Below are positions 16,375-27,615 of a DNA stretch of 64,000 nucleotides, in pieces. This DNA comes from a virus. Both the position numbers and the translations under genes were made by a program. Under the pieces are notes generated by a model. It saw only the letters and a list, made by a program, of their open reading frames with translations, was not told where the DNA came from and did no database searches. Every line of letters begins with the position of its first letter. Position 1 is the stretch's first letter. Location of the stretch: the IMG/VR virus record IMGVR_UViG_3300009314_000008, positions 1 to 64,000 of that record, one strand, 5' to 3'.

Positions 16375-19204
16375 AGGTTTTGCTAACTTTCATTGTCCTT
16401 CCAACAAGGTCAGCAAAATCCTCATCCTCTACAATGGCAGCCTTAAGTTCTGCCAAGGTTGGATTGTCCGGAGCATGTATGGTATAATTCTTTGTATCAG
16501 ACCAATTTGTATTCTTAGTCGTATTGCCAAATCGCCCTCTATAAACAAGTTTTGTTATACCATCGCTATCATATTTACTATCTCCCACAGGTAGATTTAT
16601 GCCCCTAAGGGTATTCTGTGTTGACATGAGAGTTTGAATATCTTCTTGAGGGTTGTCCCAGTCAACGGGATCATCCAATATCGTATCTGGGCGAAACCAC
16701 ATATACTCTATTTGGTAATTACCAACAACAGATATTGCATTGAAAGTTATTGTGAATTCATTATTATTATTAATAAGCGTTGGCCCCGAGATTAAACACT
16801 CGTCAGGAACATCCCCAAATATGTCGGTAACCATATCTTGTGTCTGCTGTATTTCGCTGGCGACAATCCTTTCAACTTCACTTATGCCCGCCTTACCATT
16901 TACGTCATTTCTTATCTGAGTAATATCATCTTCTGTTTGTCTTTTAATCTTCGCATCTTCAATACCTTTTCTCATTCTTCTTAAGGTCGCTCTCTCATCG
17001 ACCCAATCAGAAAAGATTATTTCCGGATCCGGCTGCACAATAACGGCCGGTATGTTTATTACGTACGGATTACACCAGTCTCCGACTACCCCATATTCCG
17101 AGATACTGGCAATATAGATAACAAATCTCATTTCGGCACTTACTTTGTATTGGATATTTCTTTCATTTACAACCGTGTTCCATGTATAGCTTTTACCTAA
17201 AGGGTGGCCCGGATCATCAATAACTGTCTTTCTTTTATAATCAGTGTGTTTTTCATCAAGTTTCTGCAATATTTGGTCTTCCGCTATCTTATCCTCAAAA
17301 TTGTATGGATCTGTTGCCCCTAATGTAATCAGAGATTCTTGTGTTTCGCTGAATGTTTTTACCACGGCGTAGGATTTAACTCTATATCCTATTATCTTTT
17401 CATTATCAATCAAGGCCGGTTCATCCCAGTGTATATCCATTTTCCCCGTGACAAAAGGAGTCCCCTCATTAATTTTTTCGGATTCTTCGTAAATAGAGTC
17501 TTCAAGCCCCTCTATTACTTCACTCTCGGTTGCCACTTGATCATCGAATATATCTTTATAATCATTAGCATCATCTATAAAATCACTTTCTTCCCCCAAT
17601 ATATAAGATAACAAGTTGTCTGCCTCGCTCGAACTAATTGCTCCCGAGGTTTCAGCGTCGTCTATCCTAGATGTTAGATCATTATATTTTTTTACATTAA
17701 CATCATCTATGTTACATCCTAAACTGTCCGTCGCCTTAAATTTCAGGTTACCTGTTCCCACTGTAGTTATATCCTGCTCATAAGTTCCATTAGCCGTTAT
17801 TACAGAACCTTCGGTGCCACCTATTTCTGGAGTCAGCGTTCCCCCAGTATATCCGCTGACGTTAAAGGTTAACCTATATTTAGTTGATGATGCTACCAAT
17901 ATGTCTTGTTCAAGATCTCCATCTCCACCGGAATGTGAGGCATTGCCCCCAGAGATTGTCCACCCTGTGCCTTTTGTCCAATTAACATCAGCAGAAAAAT
18001 CACCATTTGTAACCTTCTCTGACCATAGTTGTAATTTATTTACTTTATTAATAATTTCTTGAATTGTGCTTGATTTTCCCTGGTATCTCGATCTATTAGA
18101 TATAGATATTTCTCTTAATTTGATATCTTCATAAACCTTATCGGCGATATCATAATCGTCCGGAGTTATCTCAACCGTTATAGTATTCGTGTTTATGGCA
18201 TTAGGCATTGATGGTATTTTTTCTGCCAACACCATTTTATCCCCTTCTCCATCATCCAGATTGATCACAAGATTATTCGATAGAGTATAAAGTCTTCTTG
18301 CTTGATTTGCCGTAAGGCGATCTGTATGATAAAATAAATAGTTGACTCCCAGTTCGTCAATATTTACTATCCCCCTATGAAGTTGTATTAATTGAGATAT
18401 TTCTCCTGTATTGATTGTTGCTTTATTGTAATGTCTGATATCAATAATCGGAGACCAAACTACCGTGCTGGCAACATTCTCAAAATGGTGATGATCGGGA
18501 ACGGTGTTATAACCTCCACGGGATACGATAGTATAGACACCTCCGCTTTCGCTGACCTCAATATATTCATTTCCTACTAGCAAATACGGAGTATTAGAAT
18601 CGTAGTTTGCCAATGCCCCAGATAATGATAAATCTCCGCTATCGTCATCTACTGTTGTTTCGCCACTTGTAATAGTACTTGAATTAGATGCTATTTCTCC
18701 ACTACTGTTGACATAAATATATGCGATTGCTACTTTACTAGTATCTCTTGCTGCATCCACTGTTCCAACGGTTAGTTGAGCAGAATCATTTAATAGGGGA
18801 TAAATCGTATCCGGGGTCATTGTCCCGCCGGGGAATGCATTCTCATATCCGGTGAGAGATTTTTCCTCATCATATTCAACGTAAAGATAATAATGTCCCT
18901 CTACATCTGGAATTGAGACATTTGTTAATGCAGACAAATATATTATTTCACCGTCTGATCCCATGGCATAGCCCGGTTGTACTCGAACTGTCGTTGTGTT
19001 TAGTTTGGTAACAGTAAAATAATCATTATCTGTTAATCGCCCGTCGCTTTTTATCCCAGCGATTACACCAAATGACAACACCCCTCCAGATGTAAACATG
19101 GAGTCATATCTTTGCTGAATATTCTTCACCATCTGTAATTGCAGATACTCCAATACGCGTCTTCTCTGCATTATTAGATTAGCAAAATCAGTAAAAATAT
19201 TCAC
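16349..19204 (-). CDS. tail fibre or baseplate-attached protein with carbohydrate-binding-like and FN3-like modules (likely GTG start at 19204)
   Basis: N-terminal VRVQPGYAMGSDGEII baseplate-anchor-like motif; EKVTNGDFSADVNWTKGTGWTISGG CBM-like motif; GTGA overlap with the upstream stop. Confidence 0.55.
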   Translation of the reverse strand: MNIFTDFANLIMQRRRVLEYLQLQMVKNIQQRYDSMFTSGGVLSFGVIAGIKSDGRLTDNDYFTVTKLNTTTVRVQPGYAMGSDGEIIYLSALTNVSIPDVEGHYYLYVEYDEEKSLTGYENAFPGGTMTPDTIYPLLNDSAQLTVGTVDAARDTSKVAIAYIYVNSSGEIASNSSTITSGETTVDDDSGDLSLSGALANYDSNTPYLLVGNEYIEVSESGGVYTIVSRGGYNTVPDHHHFENVASTVVWSPIIDIRHYNKATINTGEISQLIQLHRGIVNIDELGVNYLFYHTDRLTANQARRLYTLSNNLVINLDDGEGDKMVLAEKIPSMPNAINTNTITVEITPDDYDIADKVYEDIKLREISISNRSRYQGKSSTIQEIINKVNKLQLWSEKVTNGDFSADVNWTKGTGWTISGGNASHSGGDGDLEQDILVASSTKYRLTFNVSGYTGGTLTPEIGGTEGSVITANGTYEQDITTVGTGNLKFKATDSLGCNIDDVNVKKYNDLTSRIDDAETSGAISSSEADNLLSYILGEESDFIDDANDYKDIFDDQVATESEVIEGLEDSIYEESEKINEGTPFVTGKMDIHWDEPALIDNEKIIGYRVKSYAVVKTFSETQESLITLGATDPYNFEDKIAEDQILQKLDEKHTDYKRKTVIDDPGHPLGKSYTWNTVVNERNIQYKVSAEMRFVIYIASISEYGVVGDWCNPYVINIPAVIVQPDPEIIFSDWVDERATLRRMRKGIEDAKIKRQTEDDITQIRNDVNGKAGISEVERIVASEIQQTQDMVTDIFGDVPDECLISGPTLINNNNEFTITFNAISVVGNYQIEYMWFRPDTILDDPVDWDNPQEDIQTLMSTQNTLRGINLPVGDSKYDSDGITKLVYRGRFGNTTKNTNWSDTKNYTIHAPDNPTLAELKAAIVEDEDFADLVGRTMKVSKTFVDAEESE

Positions 19205-19647
19205 ACCGCGCTCCCTGCCCCTATTTTCCAATTTGACCCGTCACTATAAATATATAAAGTCTCATTATTGCTGGTGAGATCTTGTGACGCTGATCCCTCA
19301 ATGGTCTCAGATCCTTCGGTGGTTATAGATGCGGTATTGCTGGCTGAAACTTTTTTAAATAAATACCTCTTGCCAGCTATCAGTAAATCTGTATCCAGGA
19401 CAACAGTGATGTCTCCATCAGCGGTATTTAATTCGATAATATAATCAGTATTCAATACAGTGTAAGGGCTATCAGCAACGGCAATTATTTTAAACGGAAC
19501 CTGCAACATCAATCTCTGCAGAATAGCAAGGGTTGCATATTTTAATTTCGATGTAGAATCTTGATAAACAGCTGTCAAATCTGTTAAAGCCGCTGATGTT
19601 ACTGGATCTAACTCAGACACCTGCTTAGTCGGAATGGGTAATGTCAT
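19201..19647 (-). CDS. small tail fibre-type protein
   Basis: N-terminal KQVSEL motif; YTVLNTDYII..YLFKK..ETIEG..LYIYSDGSNW fibre module. Confidence 0.55.
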   Translation of the reverse strand: MTLPIPTKQVSELDPVTSAALTDLTAVYQDSTSKLKYATLAILQRLMLQVPFKIIAVADSPYTVLNTDYIIELNTADGDITVVLDTDLLIAGKRYLFKKVSASNTASITTEGSETIEGSASQDLTSNNETLYIYSDGSNWKIGAGSAV

Positions 19648-19658
19648 TTATCCTCCAT

Positions 19659-22600
19659 TTATATGTTCCAAAGATGTCCACCTCCTTTTGGTAACAGGAC
19701 ATTTAGAACCTTTGTAATATTTTCTTGGTAATTTGGAAAATTTGTCAAGATATTTTCATACCCATGTAGTATTTTAATGGGCGTGATCATATATTCTCCG
19801 GCATCGGTCACAATATAATATCCGTCTTCAGTTACAACATTCGTCTTTACTAATCCATCGATTGTTATTTTATTGTGAACCGACAAACTCTTTAACAACA
19901 GGATTTTTGCATTGTCTGCAATTTTATAATTATGTTCTAGATTTTCAGCAAGGGTAAGCGTTTGCCCTTCTATTCCTATTATTTTATGCAATTCCGCTTC
20001 TGTTGTATCTCCATAAATCAATATATAACGATATGTGTTGATTATATTTATTTCACTCGCCAAAACAATTTCATTCTGGTGAGCATTAGCATTTGATTGA
20101 AGTACTTTCACTACATTGTCGCCATAACCAAGATATGCAGCCTTTTTAACTATCGGCAGAGTATTAATATTGACAGATATTTCGGCGTCCATTTCACATT
20201 CTAGACCAATCAGCCCATCTAACTTTCTTGTATATAATTTGTTATCGAGAGGATATACATATGCGTCTATTAATGATATAATCAAGTCACCATTTTCTGT
20301 GACAAGATAATTCCCTTCCCCATCAATTATATAATTAACCATATTGGATAAATCAATATCAACCTTAAGAGCGTATCTGTCCAGAATCCTGTCGTAGTTT
20401 CCCTCCAGTATTATAGCATATCCTCCATAATGACAATTTTCTGTATCTTCATCCCAGACTATTAATATCTGTTCAAGACCTCTAAAATTATAGTCCATGT
20501 CTTCTACTTCTACCCACCAATAGCCATTTTCATCCTGATAAGCCTTTACAATTCTATGGGAGTTAGTAGATAATCTTGGTTTTATGGTAATACTCTCACC
20601 GTCCGCGAGGTTGTCAACACTGTCCAAATTTACCTTGGTATTATCTCCAGTATTGCTCTCTGTGGGACTATATATTTTATCAACTTCTTCGCTGTAAATT
20701 GCTTTAACATAACTAGGTCTTAATGCCTCCCCGTATCCCGCAACATCATTATCTATGTAATTGTCTAACCATCCTGATATTTCGAATGCTTTTTGCAAAT
20801 TTTTAAACCTTGGTATTCTGTCTCCATCCTTGACATTGTCCGGAAATTCTATATATTTCTCCAGCGTTTCTGATTCGGTTGCAATATATGGATATCCATT
20901 ATCATCATAATTTACATTGCGCTGATGAACCATTAAGACTTCACCTTCTGGAATCTCATTATCTAAAGATAGTTCTATTATTTTTTTATTCACTCTATCG
21001 AATAAAACACAATTCTTATAGATTGAACGATCTAATAAAGTATAGACCACTATGTCATATGTTCCATCTGTTATTGTAGCATCAAGAACAGCATTATCAC
21101 CATCTTTCTCTATTACTTGGTAGACATTACCATCTATGATTACAATATCATTAACAGAGGCGTTTTCGCCAATCCCGATAATAACATTAGAAGTTACCGC
21201 CTGGCCGTTATATTTAACTTTTTTATCCGCTATATATATTCTTTCATTATCTTTTACCGCATAAACGGGTACTGAATAATATAACCTATATCTGGGAAGG
21301 ATGTCGCTAGGATAGTCTGTTTCAATTATTTTTACCATTCCGGGATATTTCGCGAAAGGTATCCCAGCCATGGCATGAATAAAGAAATTTAGATTATCTT
21401 CTGTTGGACCGGTTCGAACTATTGTCCAAATCATCCTCAATAAACTTATTTTTATATCATAATGATAATCTCCGAGAGAAACATCCAATAGCCCGGTCAC
21501 AAAATTTTCTGCAATATCGTTCTTGATATAAATTTCCTGTGCCCAATAATCATCTAAATCCCCATCTGCTGATAATTGAGATGCTGTTTGGATTAAGACT
21601 TTCCTATTATCTCCTAAATGGTCGTTTCTTACAACTCCGGATATAAACGGTAAATATTGATCAATTATTTCATAATTTGTTCCCTCTTCAATTAACGCCG
21701 TCGCGGTATTTATCTTATTTTGCATATTCTCAATGCCAAAAACATCTTCATTCAGCAGATATGATGTGCAATCTCCATAAAGTAAAGACATTGTGGAATA
21801 TCGTTCCAACACAGCCTCTGATCCACTTGACAACTGTCGATACAGATAAATATATTCAGGAGCATCTGGGTCTATCATAATATTCCAACATTTGTACCCA
21901 GTGCCGACAGCAACTGTTATTATCCGGGGAATCATCTCAAATGTTTTCAGGTTAACCAGTTTGATTGTATATTGGTCTTCTCCATCTGCTACAACTCTAG
22001 GCAAGATAATCAGATTATTGTTTATAATTAGATCGCTCCCATAGGTACCTTCTCCAAGATTATGGATGTGTTCCACAGATAAATCCTGTTTTTTCCATCG
22101 GTTTATGCCCACGGGAGTGCCTGATTCATCTATAGTATAGACATAGTATTCATCCTGGACTATATTATCTCCATTTATTGAGGTGGAAGGATCTGCCGTT
22201 CTTTGATCAAGAGACAAATCGGACTTCAATATTTTATACATTTCTTTTAATGTGTTACTATAAGCGTATAAATAATCTCCATCTTCTATTATACAGCGAA
22301 TATTTGTGTTGCTATCATCGAAATAGTTCGCTCCATCTATATTCTCGCTGAATATTGTGCCGTCAGATATCTTAAATTTTATTATATCCCCTGTTTCATA
22401 TCCCCCAAGATATATATATTCATCATCAGCGCATCCAGAACTTGTTCCGTGGTTTGATCCAATAGCATCACTTGATGCGAATACCTCCCATGTTTCAACA
22501 ACTTCCAGGGTGTCTAAATCTATCTTATATAAATGCGGTTGGAATGGGTCAGGATTCGTCTGCGCCGGATCACAATAATCTGCTATCCACAAATAACCAT

Positions 22601-23054
22601 CTTTAATTACAATACAATTTAAAAAACCTCCCACATGGAAATCAACATCATCGTCTATACTTTTGGTAGTTACAGCCATTGTTGAAAGATCCACTCTGAC
22701 TATAATTGCATTCCCTGTTTGTACACAATCAACACTATACCAATAGCCATTATTAATAATCGATGCATCTCCCCAATAGGCCGGGATAACCTCTGTAACT
22801 GCCAGAGGCTCTGTTGTATGCTCAGTTTTTATCCCATAAAGATTTGAAAACTTTTCCCAATAACGCTTTCTAAATTCCAGAGCAGAATCTGGAAACATAA
22901 GAGCCACAGCATCTTCTTTATTCTTCAATTCTCTAACTAATTCAATCATTCCCTGCCAAATCTTTGTGATAGGTCTTTTGTTTTTTAAAAGAATATAATA
23001 ATCACTAACCACCTGCCACAGGGATCTTGCTTCGTTAAGACTGTTTAATACCAT
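19659..23054 (-). CDS. large baseplate wedge-like protein with inserted beta-propeller
   Basis: Synteny after the J-like wedge genes; RTGPTEDNLNFFIHAMAGIPF; propeller blades at about aa 85-425. Confidence 0.5.
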   Translation of the reverse strand: MVLNSLNEARSLWQVVSDYYILLKNKRPITKIWQGMIELVRELKNKEDAVALMFPDSALEFRKRYWEKFSNLYGIKTEHTTEPLAVTEVIPAYWGDASIINNGYWYSVDCVQTGNAIIVRVDLSTMAVTTKSIDDDVDFHVGGFLNCIVIKDGYLWIADYCDPAQTNPDPFQPHLYKIDLDTLEVVETWEVFASSDAIGSNHGTSSGCADDEYIYLGGYETGDIIKFKISDGTIFSENIDGANYFDDSNTNIRCIIEDGDYLYAYSNTLKEMYKILKSDLSLDQRTADPSTSINGDNIVQDEYYVYTIDESGTPVGINRWKKQDLSVEHIHNLGEGTYGSDLIINNNLIILPRVVADGEDQYTIKLVNLKTFEMIPRIITVAVGTGYKCWNIMIDPDAPEYIYLYRQLSSGSEAVLERYSTMSLLYGDCTSYLLNEDVFGIENMQNKINTATALIEEGTNYEIIDQYLPFISGVVRNDHLGDNRKVLIQTASQLSADGDLDDYWAQEIYIKNDIAENFVTGLLDVSLGDYHYDIKISLLRMIWTIVRTGPTEDNLNFFIHAMAGIPFAKYPGMVKIIETDYPSDILPRYRLYYSVPVYAVKDNERIYIADKKVKYNGQAVTSNVIIGIGENASVNDIVIIDGNVYQVIEKDGDNAVLDATITDGTYDIVVYTLLDRSIYKNCVLFDRVNKKIIELSLDNEIPEGEVLMVHQRNVNYDDNGYPYIATESETLEKYIEFPDNVKDGDRIPRFKNLQKAFEISGWLDNYIDNDVAGYGEALRPSYVKAIYSEEVDKIYSPTESNTGDNTKVNLDSVDNLADGESITIKPRLSTNSHRIVKAYQDENGYWWVEVEDMDYNFRGLEQILIVWDEDTENCHYGGYAIILEGNYDRILDRYALKVDIDLSNMVNYIIDGEGNYLVTENGDLIISLIDAYVYPLDNKLYTRKLDGLIGLECEMDAEISVNINTLPIVKKAAYLGYGDNVVKVLQSNANAHQNEIVLASEINIINTYRYILIYGDTTEAELHKIIGIEGQTLTLAENLEHNYKIADNAKILLLKSLSVHNKITIDGLVKTNVVTEDGYYIVTDAGEYMITPIKILHGYENILTNFPNYQENITKVLNVLLPKGGGHLWNI

Positions 23055-23430
23055 TTGAGGCCTTTGCTTTTCCTTCCATAATTTCTTTTCTGCTTGTTAT
23101 CCAGCGATAAATATTCTGGGCACCCATGAATACTAGGGCGGCCACAATCAAATAATTAACATGTTCGGAAATAGTTGCTCCGTTGCCGTTATAGGCGGCA
23201 AATATCTTTGAGACTACGGTAAATTTTAGCGTCCAGGAGAACAAATAAGCAAAACCAGCGTTCAACCATCGCTGGATTTCTTTGGGAAATCCATCTTTAA
23301 AGATTTTTCCCCATTCGTCCGGAAATGCTTTGATCATACTGGATAATATATTTACCACAGCATATACACAGAGAGATAGAAAGAAAAACATTACTATCTC
23401 CATACTAAATTGTTTAATTATTTGCTCCAT
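23035..23430 (-). CDS. holin-like membrane protein (about 3 TM helices)
   Basis: Three hydrophobic segments and a basic C-terminus. Confidence 0.5.
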   Translation of the reverse strand: MEQIIKQFSMEIVMFFFLSLCVYAVVNILSSMIKAFPDEWGKIFKDGFPKEIQRWLNAGFAYLFSWTLKFTVVSKIFAAYNGNGATISEHVNYLIVAALVFMGAQNIYRWITSRKEIMEGKAKASNGIKQS

Positions 23431-23539
23431 TTTCGCTCCTTTTCATTACTATAGACGGTTTATGATGAATAGGGGCAGAACTTGGTACCCCTTTTTGCTT
23501 TTTCTTTACTGGCTCTTTCTTCTTTTCTTTTTTTGCCAT
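23414..23539 (-). CDS. small lysine-rich ORF (41 aa, MAKKEKKKEPVKKKQK...)
   Basis: Fills the intergenic gap in operon orientation. Confidence 0.4.
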   Translation of the reverse strand: MAKKEKKKEPVKKKQKGVPSSAPIHHKPSIVMKRSENGANN

Positions 23540-23545
23540 TCGTGA

Positions 23546-25492
23546 TTATATTCTACCTTCTAATCTAAATATAGCCGTTTTATTAATAGTTATTACATCT
23601 CCGGGAACATTGATAATTTCTTTTGTCTTCACGCCGTTTTCCCTATAATTATCGGTAACGACCAAATAGGATAGTTCTCTTACCCCCTGTAGATATAAAT
23701 ATTCTTTAATTCCTTCATATGTTAGGGATACCTCCCCATCCTTTGATGTTAAGGTATTAACATAATCCTCAATATGGCCTTTTATGGTGGACAAAATAGT
23801 GTTATCGCCAGTTGTAGCAACAATGGACAATAGATGAATATTTTTATGCCTGACCAAAATATCCTGCCCCTTATAATGAATATGTGGCTCATTGACCCAA
23901 TTTTGCACATTTTTAACCAGGGAACTATAATAATAAGTTATTCTCACCTCACTTGAGATTGCGGGATTAAATTTTATAATACTCTGTCCCCGTACAGATC
24001 TTTCATAATTATTGTCATTGTGTTCCCATATATAGTCAATCCCCTCCGTCAATTCAATCTCTGGACTACTATCTTTGATAATTATTTTATCAATCCATAC
24101 TGGCACTCTATTGCTAAAATCTATCACGTTAATGTAGTCAGATAAATCCGGTTCCACATCCACCGTATCGCTTTTGAGATATTCATCATCAATATAAACG
24201 TCCACACATCCACCTATATTGACCCCACTATTGTATGAACTCCGAACATCTATATAATCCAGAGAAATTGCCGCCTCTGTTGTTAATCCCGAGGGATAGG
24301 ATGTTTGTACTTTTATTTTAATAGTATTATCTGTCGCATAATACTCTGTATCAATATCGTTCGAAATAGTTAATCCCGAGACAGAAAATGTATTTTCTGC
24401 TATTTGTTCCCATACTTCTTGAGATGGATCCCATACATACATTTTTAATCCATCTCCCCCATATCCGGAACCATATCCTTTGATGTAGAGTTGGATCATG
24501 TCCGCCAAGGTGCTGATATCGAATTCAAAATAGTTGACAGCATATTCTCCCGCCAATCTTCTTATCTGAATGTTATCATAATACCATTTATACCCAGCCG
24601 TATCAACCGTTGATATTCCGAAGGCATCCATATTAGAGGTGGCAAGATATTCTGATAAGGGAGTTCTCGCCCCACAACTTATTTTTGCCGTTGCTTCCTC
24701 AAGGGCTTCTTCTGTTTCTTCCAAATAGAAATCGATCGCATTATCTTCGCTTATTTGCATTTTGAAATAATAATCAGTATTTTTTTCAATCTTGGTTATT
24801 CCAGACACTATGTATGCTAATGTATTACCGGGGAATTCCATCACTTTATTGACATACATATCAGCATTCACCAGATCATTATCAACAATGAAGATATTGG
24901 GTTCACAAACGAGTATGGTTACTTCTCCTGATGGTGTGATATTTTCCGGAAACACACAATCTGTCAAAATATCTGTGTCTCGGGTAAACTCAAACGGAAC
25001 ATAATAGATTTTATTCCCAATAACATTAGATATAAATGCTACTGTGTTGGTACCCAGGTGTACTCCGTCCCCAGGATTTAGTGTTATTGTTGTTCCAGAG
25101 ACTGTTCCCGTTAATTCAAGACTTTCTGCATCGTAGGATGAAGGTCTCCATACTATTCCGTATCCGCTAATGGCATCTGCCTTCCCGGAAGATGGTTTTC
25201 TCACAGTAATATAACTATATCCGCCATGGCTCCCGCTTTCAACAGGATCATAATCGGTTCTAAACTTCCCCGTTATCTCAATATTTTTCTGCAATTCTGA
25301 ACTCAACTTTTTCTGACATATTGGGTTATAAGTTTCAACAGGAATATCATCTCCGCTGCTATATTCTTCCAAGAACTTTGAAACATCAAAACGGAGAGCG
25401 ATATTGGTAGTTGGATTAACAGCAGACGGAGTATCCCCCGTTGGGGATACTGGTAAACTCTGATTTACCACATCTTCTACGAATTGTGCCAT
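23546..25492 (-). CDS. baseplate wedge protein, C-terminal part of a J/gp6-like pair
   Basis: NIGGCVDVYI and YYYSSLVKNVQNWV..DILVRH motifs; synteny. Confidence 0.5.
   Translation of the reverse strand: MAQFVEDVVNQSLPVSPTGDTPSAVNPTTNIALRFDVSKFLEEYSSGDDIPVETYNPICQKKLSSELQKNIEITGKFRTDYDPVESGSHGGYSYITVRKPSSGKADAISGYGIVWRPSSYDAESLELTGTVSGTTITLNPGDGVHLGTNTVAFISNVIGNKIYYVPFEFTRDTDILTDCVFPENITPSGEVTILVCEPNIFIVDNDLVNADMYVNKVMEFPGNTLAYIVSGITKIEKNTDYYFKMQISEDNAIDFYLEETEEALEEATAKISCGARTPLSEYLATSNMDAFGISTVDTAGYKWYYDNIQIRRLAGEYAVNYFEFDISTLADMIQLYIKGYGSGYGGDGLKMYVWDPSQEVWEQIAENTFSVSGLTISNDIDTEYYATDNTIKIKVQTSYPSGLTTEAAISLDYIDVRSSYNSGVNIGGCVDVYIDDEYLKSDTVDVEPDLSDYINVIDFSNRVPVWIDKIIIKDSSPEIELTEGIDYIWEHNDNNYERSVRGQSIIKFNPAISSEVRITYYYSSLVKNVQNWVNEPHIHYKGQDILVRHKNIHLLSIVATTGDNTILSTIKGHIEDYVNTLTSKDGEVSLTYEGIKEYLYLQGVRELSYLVVTDNYRENGVKTKEIINVPGDVITINKTAIFRLEGRI
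24356..24385. repeat. 30-bp exact repeat, copy A (copy B at 41899-41928)
   Basis: ATCGTTCGAAATAGTTAATCCCGAGACAGA in both places; both encode SVSGLTISND. Confidence 0.9.
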
Positions 25493-25495
25493 AAA

Positions 25496-27211
25496 TTATT
25501 CTCCTTGTATATAGACACTATCACCATCATTGACGACAACTTCATTATTATTTCCTCGCGGTCTCGTGAAAACTATTTGGCTGGAATCCCTAACTGCCTG
25601 AATAAATTTCTGCACACCAGCCCGTATGATCATTTCCGCTACGATATTGCCACTATAGGCGGAACTTATCGTCCCTAACACTAATTCCCCGTCCACGACC
25701 ATCACTTCTTTTTTGTCCAGATAACTTCCCACGGATAACCCGTGCTCGCTTTTTATCCATCCATTACCTATATTAAAACCCTCACCTATAACATTCTCAA
25801 TATAACATCCATTTGCGGCCAAATATGTTCCGTTGATGTTATTATAAACTTCAATGTATGTATATGTTACGGAACATCCAGTATTGTCCTCTGTAATCGA
25901 TGCAACGGTGATAGTTGTCTCGTCTTCACCCTCGTCATAACCAACGGATATAACAGTATGTTCTCCATCGTCTGCACCCGCATCGGATAAAGTCAATTTC
26001 ATTCCCGCTTTCATTTTAGCAGTTTGGTCACCCGGGATAATAATATATTCATTATCTTTATCTGTTTCTACTCCTGTATGAGAAGCCGAGGTGATTGATT
26101 TAATAATGTTTACCCGGGTAGATTCTGCTTCTGTAGGGTCAATAATGTTTATTGTATTACCTTCTTCGAATCCTGAATAACTATTCATGTGTATAATCGT
26201 GTCAGTTAAGCCAATATCATTGAGGACATTCTCAATTTCCCCGATAACTTCAGATGATTGGGTAAAAGTCTCGTTCAATATATTGTCGGTGCTGATTTCT
26301 ATAAGATCAGTATCCTCGAAAGATATTTTATTATATTGATACTGATTAAATTCTTCTCCATCTGCAGATTCTATTGCATTGGACAATTCACCAGACTGTC
26401 TAAAGAGATAAAATGCTTTATTGGGCACGGCTGCTATGTTACCTTTGAGTTTACCCACAAAATTACTGGTTCTATTATATTCGCCATTGGCTATTATGGT
26501 ATTATAGAGAAGATCCCTTACCATCTCGTTGTCCCCAGCACCAACAATATCTATATTTCTAAGTCCTCGGAAATTCTCTCTAATGGATAGTTCAATCCCT
26601 GATTTTGACATCATATTTCGCGAATTTATAGAATTTCTTATTAAATTATAATATTCAGATACAGTATAATCGGATGTTCCGCTGGTCATTGCTTCGTGGA
26701 CGATTTTAACCAATTCTGCCGGAGCATCATCTACTTGTCCCAGTGTATTTTCTGCAATGCTCTCCCCTCTAGTATTTTTTACTCGAATATTCCCAATAGT
26801 GAAATAACCGTCAATCACGGTATAGACATTGGCATTCGTGGACAAAATAACATTATCAGTAAATTCAAATTCCTTATTTCCAGAATATAGTTTATTCCCC
26901 GCGGCTATTTCCCAAGAAATTGGTTCCGTAAAATATAATGTGATCATGCCCGTTGTTTCATTAGATTTTCCCTCTGTGACTAGAAAATTAGAGGCTAATC
27001 GCTTTATCTGATCAACCGTCATGTTTGAATAATTGGATAAATTTAGAGCATCTTTTTCTGTGTCAATCACATCGAGCGACATCTTGGTAGTTAAAATATA
27101 TACGAGAGGTACTATCAACAGCTCATAAATATTGCTGCCTTCTCGGATATCATAATTTTTTAAAGTTTCATCCTCTGCAAATGTCTCTCTTATAAATTCA
27201 ACAATATCCAT
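25496..27211 (-). CDS. baseplate J/gp6-like wedge protein, N-terminal part
   Basis: DIREGSNIYELLIVP, LASNFLV, VGAGDNEMVRD; follows the gp25-like gene. Confidence 0.6.
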   Translation of the reverse strand: MDIVEFIRETFAEDETLKNYDIREGSNIYELLIVPLVYILTTKMSLDVIDTEKDALNLSNYSNMTVDQIKRLASNFLVTEGKSNETTGMITLYFTEPISWEIAAGNKLYSGNKEFEFTDNVILSTNANVYTVIDGYFTIGNIRVKNTRGESIAENTLGQVDDAPAELVKIVHEAMTSGTSDYTVSEYYNLIRNSINSRNMMSKSGIELSIRENFRGLRNIDIVGAGDNEMVRDLLYNTIIANGEYNRTSNFVGKLKGNIAAVPNKAFYLFRQSGELSNAIESADGEEFNQYQYNKISFEDTDLIEISTDNILNETFTQSSEVIGEIENVLNDIGLTDTIIHMNSYSGFEEGNTINIIDPTEAESTRVNIIKSITSASHTGVETDKDNEYIIIPGDQTAKMKAGMKLTLSDAGADDGEHTVISVGYDEGEDETTITVASITEDNTGCSVTYTYIEVYNNINGTYLAANGCYIENVIGEGFNIGNGWIKSEHGLSVGSYLDKKEVMVVDGELVLGTISSAYSGNIVAEMIIRAGVQKFIQAVRDSSQIVFTRPRGNNNEVVVNDGDSVYIQGE

Positions 27212-27219
27212 TATGTCTC

Positions 27220-27615
27220 CTATAATTCTAATTGTTGGACACCATCGAGGGTGACCAACTCAATACTCATATTCACCTGACCATTGGTGATAATTATGTC
27301 AAGATTTTTTAACTTTGCCCTTACAAATGTCTCAGTTGCCAGGAGTTCTTCATTTTCTTGTAACTTAAGCATTTTCTCTGAGGTTTTACTCAACGCTGAT
27401 ATAATGGTATTATGCATTAACCCAACATTTTTATTTGATAACTTTATGGTTTTATAGGCATCTAATAAGCCCCCACAATCACTTCCATATAATAATCTAC
27501 AAAACCTCTGTGACACAGAGACTTTACCGGTTGCCCGGGGACCATTGTTTATTATATCAAAACATGTTTCGGAATCCTGAGAACCTATATTGTCTAATAT
27601 TTTTAAGTCAATCAT
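27220..27615 (-). CDS. gp25-like baseplate wedge protein
   Basis: Size, TGKVSVSQRFCRLL..GGLL motif and synteny. Confidence 0.55.
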   Translation of the reverse strand: MIDLKILDNIGSQDSETCFDIINNGPRATGKVSVSQRFCRLLYGSDCGGLLDAYKTIKLSNKNVGLMHNTIISALSKTSEKMLKLQENEELLATETFVRAKLKNLDIIITNGQVNMSIELVTLDGVQQLEL

